From positions 1,728,001 through 1,792,000 of the forward strand of contig CBDCSU010000006.1 in assembly GCA_965221775.1 (NCBI GenBank): 64,000 nt of DNA. Direction: 5' to 3'. Shown here piece after piece: positions 9,629-18,590 of this stretch (its first letter is position 1; each line of letters begins with the position of its first letter). The translations under genes and the position numbers were made by a program. Origin of the DNA: Candidatus Latescibacterota bacterium (GTDB lineage Bacteria > Latescibacterota > UBA2968 > UBA8231). Below the pieces are notes generated by a model, which saw only the letters and a program-made list of their open reading frames with translations, did not search any database and was not told the origin of the DNA.

Positions 9629-10612
9629 TCACTCCACCCACAAGGCGTTGAGGTAGTCGCCGCTCTCGGCGATGACGGCCGTCGACCGCTCGCCGCCGAG
9701 GCCGTACACGTCGGCCAGATAGTCACCGCCCCTGCCCCGGTGCGTCTTGACCACCACCCGCGCCGGTGCAGTGGCCAGGACCTTCGCCAGCTCCCCCCTG
9801 GGCAAGCTTCCCGCGGGGCCTCGCAGGGAGAGACTGCGGACCATGGAGACGCCCAGACCCAGGTCGATGTGGGTCTCCACCACGCCGGCGGCGGGGGCGC
9901 CCAGCAGCCGCGCGCCGTAGGTGAACAGCCGCGACTCCGCCTGACCCCACTGGCGGCGCAGGGACGGACGGTCCCTGGCGTCCCGGCTCAGTTCGACCAC
10001 CTCCCCGGCGGCCAGCTCCGCGATCAGGCGGCGGCTGCGCTTGCCCACCTTGCCCATCCCGTCGAGGCGGCGCCGCACGCCGAAGCCCAGGTCGAGGGCC
10101 AGCTTCCCCTTCCTGCCGGGGAGGTCGACGATGCGGTAGACCCCCGGGCGTCCGCGCACGGCCACCTGCGACCCCTCTTCCCGTGTCCGCAGTTCCTCCT
10201 GCAGACGGCGCACGCTCCAGCCTCCCTCGGCGGCGCGCTCCATAAGCCGGCGCAACTCGCCGTCGTCGGGCACCGTCACCAGCAGCCGGCAGTGGCTCCA
10301 GGACAGCCGGTCGAGGTGGCAGGTGTCGGAGGGCAGTCTCTGGTACAGCCTGCGGGCCCGGTAGAGCGTCCGCGGCAGGATTCCCAGCTCCCCGGCCAGC
10401 CGCTCCACGGACCGCCCCCCGTATTCGGCACGGCCGGAGATGTGCTCGTTGAGCAGGCGGCCGATCTCCCAGTAGACGCGCGTCGCCTCGCGCGGGGAGG
10501 GGCGCCGGCGCCCGCGGGTGTCGGCGGGAAGCAGGCGGGCGATCGCCGCCTTCAGGTCGCCGAAGGGATCGGGGCGGGCGGCCTCGGTCTCAGCCACGGT
10601 CGATCCCTCCAC
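9629..10612 (-). CDS. DUF1016 (YhcG) N-terminal domain protein with degenerate thermonuclease-like C-terminus
   Basis: YWEIGR..AEYG..LSWSH..WSVRRL; C-terminal IDLGLG..LSLRG and YLADVY..YLN. Confidence 0.7.
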   Translation of the reverse strand: MEGSTVAETEAARPDPFGDLKAAIARLLPADTRGRRRPSPREATRVYWEIGRLLNEHISGRAEYGGRSVERLAGELGILPRTLYRARRLYQRLPSDTCHLDRLSWSHCRLLVTVPDDGELRRLMERAAEGGWSVRRLQEELRTREEGSQVAVRGRPGVYRIVDLPGRKGKLALDLGFGVRRRLDGMGKVGKRSRRLIAELAAGEVVELSRDARDRPSLRRQWGQAESRLFTYGARLLGAPAAGVVETHIDLGLGVSMVRSLSLRGPAGSLPRGELAKVLATAPARVVVKTHRGRGGDYLADVYGLGGERSTAVIAESGDYLNALWVE

Positions 10613-10669
10613 GGCTGATGCACGGCTCGGTGGTAGTCGGTATGCCCGGAGGGTGCTCCACGGCCTGGC

Positions 10670-12205
10670 CTAACCGGTCTGACTCGCGAAGATCCTGCGC
10701 ACGGTCTCGATGTCGTCGGCCTGGCCGGCCGACTTGTCCGGGCGGTAGCGCTTGACCCGGGCGAAGCGCAGGGCCAGGCCGCCAGGGTAGTGGGGGCTGG
10801 CCTGCAGGCCGTCGAAGGCGATCTCCGCCACCAGCTCCGGGCGGACGTGGACCACGTGGCCTTCGCGGCCGGTCTCCAGGCCGAGGAGCCTCTCCGTCTG
10901 CCAGGCCAGCATCTCGTCGGTCATGCCCTTGAAGGTCTTGCCCAGCATCACGAACCCGCCGGCCGGGTCCCTCGCCCCGAGGTGCAGGTTGGACAGCCAT
11001 CCCCGGCGGCGGCCGCTGCCCCACTCCACCGCCAGGACTACCAGGTCGAGGGTGTGGGCGGGCTTGAGCTTGAGCCACCCCGCCCCCCGTCTGCCGGCCT
11101 CGTAGGGCGCCTCCAGGTCCTTGGCCACGACCCCTTCGTGGCCGGCGGACAGGGCCCGGTCGATGAACTCCCGCGCCGGCTCCACGGCCTCGGCCACCGT
11201 GTGCGGCACCTGGGCCGACTGGGGGACGACGCCGTGCAGGGCCCGCAGCCGGTCGCTGGTATCCGCGTCGATCAGGTCCTGGCCGTCCAGGTGCAGACAG
11301 TCGAAGTAGAAGGCGGAGAGGGGCAGGTCGGCGCGCATGCGCTCCACGTCGAGGCGGCGGCCGAAGCGGCGCATCGTCTGCTGGAAGGGGGCCGGCCGGC
11401 CGTCGCCGCGCAGCACGATCGCCTCGCCGTCGAGGACGAGCTGCCGCGCCGGCAGGGCCCGAACCGCCTCCACCAGCTCGGGCGCCGCCGCGGTCACGTC
11501 GTTGAGCCGCCGCGTGAACAGGCGGACCTCGTCATCCTGCCGGTGCACCTGGATCCGCGCCCCGTCGAGCTTGTAGTCCAGGGCCACCCGGCCGTGGCGT
11601 TCGAGCACATCCTCCACGCCCTCGGCGCTCTGGGCGAGCATGGGCAGCACGGGCGACATCAGCCGCAGGCGGAACTCGGCGAGGGCCGGCTCGCCGCCGT
11701 CGAGGGCGGCCACGGCCACGCGCACCAGGTCGCCGGCCAGCATCACCGCCCGGCGCACGGCCGGCGCCGGCACGCCGGATGCCCGGGCGACCGCCTCGAT
11801 CAGCACCCCCTCCTGGGCTCCCTGGCGCAACTCGCCGAAGACCAGCCGCGCCAGCCAGTCCTGTTCCGGCTTCGTGGCTCTTTCCAGCAGGCCGGCCAGC
11901 GCCTGCACGCGGGCACCGGCCGAGCCCGGTCCGCTGAGCCGGGAGATCTCCTCGAAGGCGGTGTCGACGCCGGCCACGGTCAGGCGCGGCGACGACGCCG
12001 GTCCGGGCGGCATGGCCTGCCGGATCGCCGCCCCGCCGAGGCCGATCCGCCCCTGGCGCAGCTGTCCGGTGAGGAAGGCCGCGCCGGCCTCGCGCTCGGG
12101 GGGTGACAGCCGCCCCAGACAGTCGGCCAGCAGGCCGATCTTCTCGCTGCGGGCCCTGGTGCCGGCCACGCGGGCCGAGGTTTCGACGAGATCGCTGAGG
12201 TTCAT
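10670..12205 (-). CDS. ligB: ATP-dependent DNA ligase (LigB-type)
   Basis: PMLA, YKLDGAR adenylation motif, LDGEA, FDCL, EGVVAK, WLKLK, ALRFAR; start MNLSDL. Confidence 0.93.
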   Translation of the reverse strand: MNLSDLVETSARVAGTRARSEKIGLLADCLGRLSPPEREAGAAFLTGQLRQGRIGLGGAAIRQAMPPGPASSPRLTVAGVDTAFEEISRLSGPGSAGARVQALAGLLERATKPEQDWLARLVFGELRQGAQEGVLIEAVARASGVPAPAVRRAVMLAGDLVRVAVAALDGGEPALAEFRLRLMSPVLPMLAQSAEGVEDVLERHGRVALDYKLDGARIQVHRQDDEVRLFTRRLNDVTAAAPELVEAVRALPARQLVLDGEAIVLRGDGRPAPFQQTMRRFGRRLDVERMRADLPLSAFYFDCLHLDGQDLIDADTSDRLRALHGVVPQSAQVPHTVAEAVEPAREFIDRALSAGHEGVVAKDLEAPYEAGRRGAGWLKLKPAHTLDLVVLAVEWGSGRRRGWLSNLHLGARDPAGGFVMLGKTFKGMTDEMLAWQTERLLGLETGREGHVVHVRPELVAEIAFDGLQASPHYPGGLALRFARVKRYRPDKSAGQADDIETVRRIFASQTG

Positions 12206-12349
12206 CGGCGCTGTTTTCCGCCGTGAAAAGTCACCCTCTCCGCCGCCACCGACAACCCGCGCCCGGCCGGAGACCCCGGTTGTCTCGAAAGGGCCGCGGG
12301 GCCGAGGCAGCCTATCTTCCAGCTCCCACCCCAGCCAGGAAGAGACCAC

Positions 12350-12802
12350 ATGAATCGCCGTATCCTCCTCGCTCTCGGCCTCGCCGTCTCGCCGGTCATC
12401 GCCCAGGAGGCCGTGCCGCTCAAGACCCTGCCCTTCAGCCCCGCCCGCCAGGCCGGCGGCTTCCTCTTCATCAGCGGCCAGATCGCCCGCACCGCCGACG
12501 GCGCCGACGTCAAGGAGTCGGTAGCGGCCGAGACCCGTCAGGTGATGGAGAACATCGGCCGCATCCTCGAAGAACACGGCTATGCGTACGACGACCTCGT
12601 CAACGTCACCGTCTGGCTCGCCGACATCGAGGACTACCACGAGATGAACGAGGCCTACGCCTCGTACTTCGACGAGCGGTTCCCGGCGCGGGCCTGCACC
12701 GGGGGGGCGCAGATCGTCTTCGACTTCCGCGTCGAGATCGCCGCCGTCGCCTATCGAGAGATCGATGACGACGGCGACCACGACAGGGCCGAGGAGCACT
12801 GA
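12350..12802 (+). CDS. RidA/YjgF family protein with signal peptide
   Basis: FSPA, FISGQI, MNEAY..F..PAR, VEIAAVA; N-terminal MNRR plus hydrophobic stretch. Confidence 0.85.
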   Translation: MNRRILLALGLAVSPVIAQEAVPLKTLPFSPARQAGGFLFISGQIARTADGADVKESVAAETRQVMENIGRILEEHGYAYDDLVNVTVWLADIEDYHEMNEAYASYFDERFPARACTGGAQIVFDFRVEIAAVAYREIDDDGDHDRAEEH

Positions 12803-12822
12803 TCGGCGCGGCTGGCACGGCC

Positions 12823-13686
12823 ATGGCAAAGCTCAGGAAGTCCGCGCCGTTCACGCCGACGCACGTCGCCGTCAGGTTCGGTCCGGACGAACGGGACCTG
12901 ATGGCCGTCTGGCTGGCCGACTCCGCCGATCCCGCTCCCGCGGTGCTCTGCTTCCACCCCGGCCGCTTCAGGAAGCTCGCCAGGCCGGGCCCCGTCCGCA
13001 CCGCGCCGCCCGTCGTCAGGCGCGACCTTCTCGCCCTCGTGGACGCGGGCATCTCCATCGTGGCCCCGAGCCATCACGGGGCCGGCCGGACGCCCTTCGA
13101 GGGCGCCGCCCGGGCCCTCCAGTTCGTGCGCGGCCAGGCGCGCGAGTGGAACCTGGACAAGGAGCGGATCGCCGCCATGGGGACCTCGTCGGGCGCCTGC
13201 CTCTCGCTCTGGCTCGCGTCCCACGCCGACCTGGCGGACCCCGCCAGCGAGGACCCCGTCGCCCGCGAGTCCACGGGGCTGGCCTGCGCCGCCGTGAACC
13301 AGGCGGTGACCTCGGTGGACCCGCGGTTCATGCGGGACCTGATGCCGGGCTCGGCCGTCCCCGGCCGGTTCCTGAAGCAGTTCTACGGACTGGAAGAGGC
13401 CGCTCTGGACCGGTTGCCGCCGGAGACCTGCCGGCTGATGGAGGAACTTTCCCCCATCAACCACGTGCGCCGCGGCGTTCCTCCGACCCTGCTGACCTAC
13501 GACGACCCCCTGGATGCCCCGTACGGGATCCACCACCCGAGCTTCGGCGTGGCGTGGAGGGAGAGAGTCGAGGCCGTCGGGGGCCGCTGCGACCTGGTAG
13601 CCCGCCGGCGGCCGTTGGGGGACAGCCGGGCGAGGTCGATCCCCGCCTTCCTCCTGGACGAGCTGAAGGGTCCCGGCCCCGGCTGA
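12823..13686 (+). CDS. Alpha/beta hydrolase (esterase-like)
   Basis: ARALQFVR..EWNLDKERI, GTSSG nucleophile elbow, SPINH, GIHHP. Confidence 0.78.
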   Translation: MAKLRKSAPFTPTHVAVRFGPDERDLMAVWLADSADPAPAVLCFHPGRFRKLARPGPVRTAPPVVRRDLLALVDAGISIVAPSHHGAGRTPFEGAARALQFVRGQAREWNLDKERIAAMGTSSGACLSLWLASHADLADPASEDPVARESTGLACAAVNQAVTSVDPRFMRDLMPGSAVPGRFLKQFYGLEEAALDRLPPETCRLMEELSPINHVRRGVPPTLLTYDDPLDAPYGIHHPSFGVAWRERVEAVGGRCDLVARRRPLGDSRARSIPAFLLDELKGPGPG

Positions 13687-14064
13687 AGGAGGGTCCCGCT
13701 TTCTTGTGCCAGGAAGCGGCCATCCGGACCTGTCCGACAACCATTGCGGGGCCGGCCCGGCGAGCTACTGCGCCGCTTGGTGGGACGGCCGCAACTCGCG
13801 CGGCAGGGGATCGCCGGCGGCGAGTCCTTCGCCCAAGGCAGCGACCGATAGGTACACCGGGACGGCAGACGAAGTCCGATTCGTGCGATTCACGTACATC
13901 GTGTGCTTTCCACCTTCCCGGAGGAGTTCACAACCGATTCCTCGGCCAGGATGCGATTGGCCTCAACGAATCCGATGTAGCCTTCCGGGACCTTTCTGCC
14001 CTGAACTCGACGATCGATTCGCGCAACTCCGGCTCGCCGGATACTCGCTGATGGTAAGTGTTGC

Positions 14065-15225
14065 TCACGATCCGGCCGTCTTTTTCGCGTCAAGGCGGGT
14101 GTCCGGACCCGTCGGCGCGGTCCCGTCCTGCCCCAGGAGCCGCTGCATGTTGCCGCCCAGAACCGCCGCCATCCCGGCCTCGTCGAGGAAGGGGCAGTAG
14201 CGCCTCACGTAGTCCAGGCTCTGGCGGTAGGTCCAGTGCAGGAGCACGATGGGGATGTCCGTCCCCCAGATGATGCGGTCGGCGCCGATGCGCTCCACCA
14301 TCGTCTCCAGGACGGGCCGCATCTGCGGCATGGGGTAGTCCCAGCGCGACTGCAGGAAGACGGCGAAGAGGATCTGGATATGGAAGCGCGGGTGGCCGAT
14401 GGGCGCCGCCTCGTAGACCTCGTCCGGCACGTGGAGCCGGTCCTCGTCGGCGAACAGCCGCCAGGGGAAGCCGTGGGTCATGACCACGTCCACGTCGGGG
14501 AAGCGGTCCATCCAGCCGCGCAGAGCGCGCAGCTCGTCGAGGTAGGCGGCGGGCGTTCCGGCGGCGCCGATGGTGAAGAACACGGGAATCCCCAGCTCGG
14601 CCACGGCGCGCCACAAGGGGTCGAAGTCGGGCCCCGTCCACTCGGGGGAGAGGTCGTAGAGGGACCGATGGAAGGGCGCGAACTGCAGGCCTGACAGGCC
14701 GTGGTCGCGGATTCCGCGTTCCAGCTTGCCGAGGGCGTCATTCGTCCTGGCGGGGAACCACCATTCGGGAACCTGGACCAGCCCCTGGATCCGCCCCGGA
14801 TGGCGCCGGCAGCAGTCGGCGATCCAGCCGTCGCTCAGGCCCATGTAGGGGGTGCGGTGCAGGAGGGCCCGGTCGACGCCGGCGTAGTCCATCTCCGCCA
14901 CCAGGCTGTCGGCGGGGAAGGCGAAGTCCACCGTCCACGGCGGCAGGGCCTGCTTCACGTAGTCCTCGCCGTCCACCGTCCACTCCACGAGGCCGTGGTC
15001 CCCGGTGCGGAAGGCGGCGTTCCGCAGACCGTCGAACTGCCAGGGGCGGCCGGGGTCGGCCAGGCCGGCGGCGTCGGCCGCTGCCCGGTCGGAGCGCCGC
15101 CAGCAGGGCTGCTGCCGGGCATGGGCCATGAACAGCTGCAGGTGCCGCCAGAACTCGGCGGGGTCCGCGAAGCCGCCGTTGCGGGCCGGCGGGGCAAAGC
15201 AGTAGGCGTGTCCGTCGTAGATCAT
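14065..15225 (-). CDS. Amidohydrolase family protein (Amidohydro_2)
   Basis: YDGHAY, MDYAGVDRA, MTHG, IIWGTDIP, LGGN; start MIYDGH. Confidence 0.85.
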   Translation of the reverse strand: MIYDGHAYCFAPPARNGGFADPAEFWRHLQLFMAHARQQPCWRRSDRAAADAAGLADPGRPWQFDGLRNAAFRTGDHGLVEWTVDGEDYVKQALPPWTVDFAFPADSLVAEMDYAGVDRALLHRTPYMGLSDGWIADCCRRHPGRIQGLVQVPEWWFPARTNDALGKLERGIRDHGLSGLQFAPFHRSLYDLSPEWTGPDFDPLWRAVAELGIPVFFTIGAAGTPAAYLDELRALRGWMDRFPDVDVVMTHGFPWRLFADEDRLHVPDEVYEAAPIGHPRFHIQILFAVFLQSRWDYPMPQMRPVLETMVERIGADRIIWGTDIPIVLLHWTYRQSLDYVRRYCPFLDEAGMAAVLGGNMQRLLGQDGTAPTGPDTRLDAKKTAGS

Positions 15226-15407
15226 GGCCCCCATCCTTCGGATGAGCGACTCCGGCGCCGCGCCGGGACGCGGGCGCAAGCATCGCCCGCCGGGGCGGCC
15301 TTCCGCAAGCGGAGCGCTGCACCGCGGCTCCACGGCCACCCTCTTGCACGCAACCCCGCCATGCCCCTTGTTCCCGGCCTTCATTCCGGCCTCACCAAAG
15401 GACCGTC

Positions 15408-17177
15408 ATGCCCTCACGACACGAACCCCTGCTCAGCCTCGACGAGCCCCTGCCGCCGCCGCGGTGGGCGCTGCTCCAGCGTCACATCCTCGACGCCCAG
15501 TCGTCGGCCTGCCGCGACTTCTTCGCCAAGTACTTCGATCCTCACTCCGGCTATCTCCTCGCGGTGCCCCGCTGGGGCGGGGACGACGGCCCCGACGACG
15601 CCGCCGAGAATCAGCTCAACTGGACCACCCTGTACGCTCTCGGCGGAGCCGGCGACCTGCTCGACATGTTCCGCACCGGCTTCGAGGGCCACCTGCGCCA
15701 GTACACGGAAGCCCGGACCGTCGAGGTCCCCATGGCCCGCGACGGCATGTACTACAAGGAGTTCCCCGTCTCCCTCGACTGGTTCCACCACGGCGAGGGC
15801 TACTCCGCCTACTTCCTTTACGGCTTGTGCGACCCCTGGGACCCGGCCTACGAACGCCGCCTCCGACGCTGGGCCGCCATGTACGACGGCACCGACGAAA
15901 CCGCGCCGAACTACGACCCCGATCACCGCATCGTGCGCTCCATGTTCAACGGCAGCCGCGGGCCTCTCCTGCGCAAGGCCACGGCCCTCGACTGGGCCGG
16001 CGATCCGATCGAGATCGAGGGCCGCTTCCGCCTCGGCCACGGCGAGCGCAACTTCGCCGAGATGCTCGCCCACTTCGAGGAGTACACCGACGTGGTCGGC
16101 GACAATCCGCTGAACCTGGAGGCCACGCACCCGGGGCTGGTGGCCTACCTGATCACCGGCGACGACCGCTACCGCGGCCACGTCGTCGACTACGTCGACG
16201 CCTGGGTGCAGCGCACCGAAGACAACGGCGGCATCATCCCTTCGAACATCGGCCTCGACGGCACCATCGGAGGCGCCGCGGGGGGCCGCTGGTGGGGCGG
16301 ATGCTACGGCTGGGGGTTTACCGTCACCGTGCCCCAGACGGGGGCCGCGGCCCACCGCCCGGCCTGCTACTCGCGCCCCCACTTCGGCTTCGCCCACGGC
16401 CTGCTGCTCACCGGGCAGCAGACATACGTCGACACCTGGCGCGGCGTCCTCGACAAGGTCAACGAGAATGCGAAGGAGGAGGACGGGCAGACCGTGTATC
16501 CCCACATGCACGGCGACGACGGCTGGTACGACTTCCGGCCGCAGCCGTTCTCGCCCGGGGCGCAGGAGATCTGGTTCTGGTCGCAGAGGGAGGACGACCG
16601 CCAGCGCGTGGCCGGCGACGGCTGGGTGCGCTACCTGGCGGGGGAGGAGCCCGGCTACCCGGAGGCGGCCCTGGAGTCGGTGCTGGACCAGGTCCGCAAC
16701 TGCATGCGCGGCGTGGCCGAGGACGAGTCCAGCATCGACACGCGGCTGTCGGACGACATGAACCACCTCAACCCGGCGGTCACCGACACCCTGGTTGAGC
16801 TGCTGCTCGGGGGGTTGCCCGTGGGCCGCTCGTGCCACACCCTGCACTGCCGCTTGCGCTACTTCGACCCCGATGCGCGCCGGGCCGGGCTGCCGCCGCA
16901 GGTGGCGGCCCTGGTGGACGGCATGGGCGACGGCGAGGTCAGCGTGCAGTTGGTCAATCTCGATCCCGTCCGCCAGCGCCACGTGGTCGTGCAGGGCGGC
17001 GCCTACGGGGAGCACCGGATCGAGAGTGTCACCGCCGGCGACGGCACGCCGATCGATGTTACGGGGGAGGGATCGTCCTTCATCGTGCGGCTGGCGCCCG
17101 GCGCCGGCGGCCGGCTGCGCATCTCCCAGCACAGGTACTCGCGGCAGCCGACCTTCGCCTTTCCCTGGGAGCGATAG
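15408..17177 (+). CDS. Conserved hypothetical protein (Trp/Asp-rich, possible alpha/alpha-toroid enzyme)
   Basis: 589 aa ORF with strong GC3 bias, SD AAAGGA; RWGGDDGPDDAAEN, DWFHHGEG, RRAGLP..VAALV. Confidence 0.75.
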   Translation: MPSRHEPLLSLDEPLPPPRWALLQRHILDAQSSACRDFFAKYFDPHSGYLLAVPRWGGDDGPDDAAENQLNWTTLYALGGAGDLLDMFRTGFEGHLRQYTEARTVEVPMARDGMYYKEFPVSLDWFHHGEGYSAYFLYGLCDPWDPAYERRLRRWAAMYDGTDETAPNYDPDHRIVRSMFNGSRGPLLRKATALDWAGDPIEIEGRFRLGHGERNFAEMLAHFEEYTDVVGDNPLNLEATHPGLVAYLITGDDRYRGHVVDYVDAWVQRTEDNGGIIPSNIGLDGTIGGAAGGRWWGGCYGWGFTVTVPQTGAAAHRPACYSRPHFGFAHGLLLTGQQTYVDTWRGVLDKVNENAKEEDGQTVYPHMHGDDGWYDFRPQPFSPGAQEIWFWSQREDDRQRVAGDGWVRYLAGEEPGYPEAALESVLDQVRNCMRGVAEDESSIDTRLSDDMNHLNPAVTDTLVELLLGGLPVGRSCHTLHCRLRYFDPDARRAGLPPQVAALVDGMGDGEVSVQLVNLDPVRQRHVVVQGGAYGEHRIESVTAGDGTPIDVTGEGSSFIVRLAPGAGGRLRISQHRYSRQPTFAFPWER

Positions 17178-17181
17178 CCCC

Positions 17182-18207
17182 ATGCACACCATTCCCCTCA
17201 CCGACGATCTCTTCCAAGGCCACGTCGAGCTGGAGCGCGGCGAGGGCTGGGTCAAGCCGTGGCGGCTGCCCCACGCCCGTCGGGCCCTGTTCCCGTCCCC
17301 GGGCGAGGATCTGATGGCCCGCGCCGAGTCCGCCAGCGGCGTGCGCCTGCGCTTCGCCACCGCCGCGAGCCGCCTGCGCCTGAGCTTCCTGCCCCTGCCC
17401 ATGTCGGCTCCCGCCGAGGGCCGCGAGGCCTTCCACTTCGACGCGGCCATCGACGGCGAGCTGATCGCCACCGCCGCGGCTCCGCCCGGTTCCGGGGAGG
17501 CGGTGTTCGCAGGACTGCCGGCGGGCGAGAAGATGGTCGAGCTGTGGCTGTCGCAGGAGATCCCCGTCCACCTCACCGGCCTCGAGGCGGACGCTCCCTG
17601 CGCGGCGGCGGCGGACGACCGGCCGCGCTGGGTGACCTACGGCAGCTCCCTCACCCATTGCGTGCGAGCCCACAGCCCGGCGCGCACCTGGCCGGCCATC
17701 GTCGCCCGGCGCCGGAATCTCCATCTCACCAGCCTCGGCTTCGGCGGCCAGTGCCACCTCGACGCCATGGTGGGCATGGTGATCGCCGATCGGCCCGCCG
17801 ACTACATCAGCCTCAAGCTCGGGATCAACACCATCAACGCGCCGACCCTGGCGGGGCGCACCTACCCGGGGGCGATCGTGGCGCTGGTGCAGATCATCCG
17901 CCAGAAGCACCCGGACACGCCGCTGGCGCTGGTCTCTCCCATCGGCTACCCGCCGCGCGAGACCGACCCCAACGCCGCCGGCTACACGATCTCGGCGATG
18001 CGCCGCGACATGGAGGATGTCCATCGCCGGCTCACCGGCTTGGGCGACACCAACCTGATCTACGTCGATGGTCTGGAGGTCTTCGACCTCGACCTGATCG
18101 CCCGCTACGCCGAGGACCAGTGCCACCCGGACGGCGACGGCATCGAGGTGCAGGCCGACAACTTCGACCGCGCCGTGATGGAGCGGCTGATCTCCCAAGG
18201 GAGCTGA
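17182..18207 (+). CDS. SGNH/GDSL hydrolase with N-terminal beta-sandwich (SsfX3-like)
   Basis: YGSSLT, LGFGG, LGIN, DQCHP; 4 bp after the upstream stop. Confidence 0.82.
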   Translation: MHTIPLTDDLFQGHVELERGEGWVKPWRLPHARRALFPSPGEDLMARAESASGVRLRFATAASRLRLSFLPLPMSAPAEGREAFHFDAAIDGELIATAAAPPGSGEAVFAGLPAGEKMVELWLSQEIPVHLTGLEADAPCAAAADDRPRWVTYGSSLTHCVRAHSPARTWPAIVARRRNLHLTSLGFGGQCHLDAMVGMVIADRPADYISLKLGINTINAPTLAGRTYPGAIVALVQIIRQKHPDTPLALVSPIGYPPRETDPNAAGYTISAMRRDMEDVHRRLTGLGDTNLIYVDGLEVFDLDLIARYAEDQCHPDGDGIEVQADNFDRAVMERLISQGS

Positions 18208-18350
18208 AGGACGGGAGCCGCGGGCAGCGGCACTCCAGGCGGCGGAAACGAGGCCAGAGGCCGCAGCTGTCCGAGCAGATCCGGACGGTCCCACGGTTGG
18301 ATTGTCCCCGTCGCGAACCCTCCTTACCTTCGCCGCGACCGGAGACGATC

Positions 18351-18590
18351 ATGGCCGAGTCCCTGCCCGACAGCTCCATGGCTCGTGACGCCGCCCTCGA
18401 GTTCATTCGCCATCACCGCCACGGGTCCCTCTGGTTTGTCAGGGATGGCCACGAACCCGCCAGCACGGATGAGTTGATCCGTGCTATCCGGCGGATCGAG
18501 CGGACAGGCTCCCGAGAGGCGTACGTGGAGGCGAGGAGGCTGCGCGAGTGGCTCTCACGGGATTCCAACGCCGCGTCTGCCGGCTCCTAG
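18351..18590 (+). CDS. Small protein, putative antitoxin partner of the AbiEii-like gene
   Basis: SD GGAG then ATG 18351; 79 aa with SLWF motif; overlaps the downstream gene by 43 bp. Confidence 0.6.
   Translation: MAESLPDSSMARDAALEFIRHHRHGSLWFVRDGHEPASTDELIRAIRRIERTGSREAYVEARRLREWLSRDSNAASAGS

Noticed and set aside
10670-12829. 719-aa ligase with N-terminal extension
   Set aside because: The extension is the antisense shadow of RidA; ligase homology begins at MNLSDL (12205)
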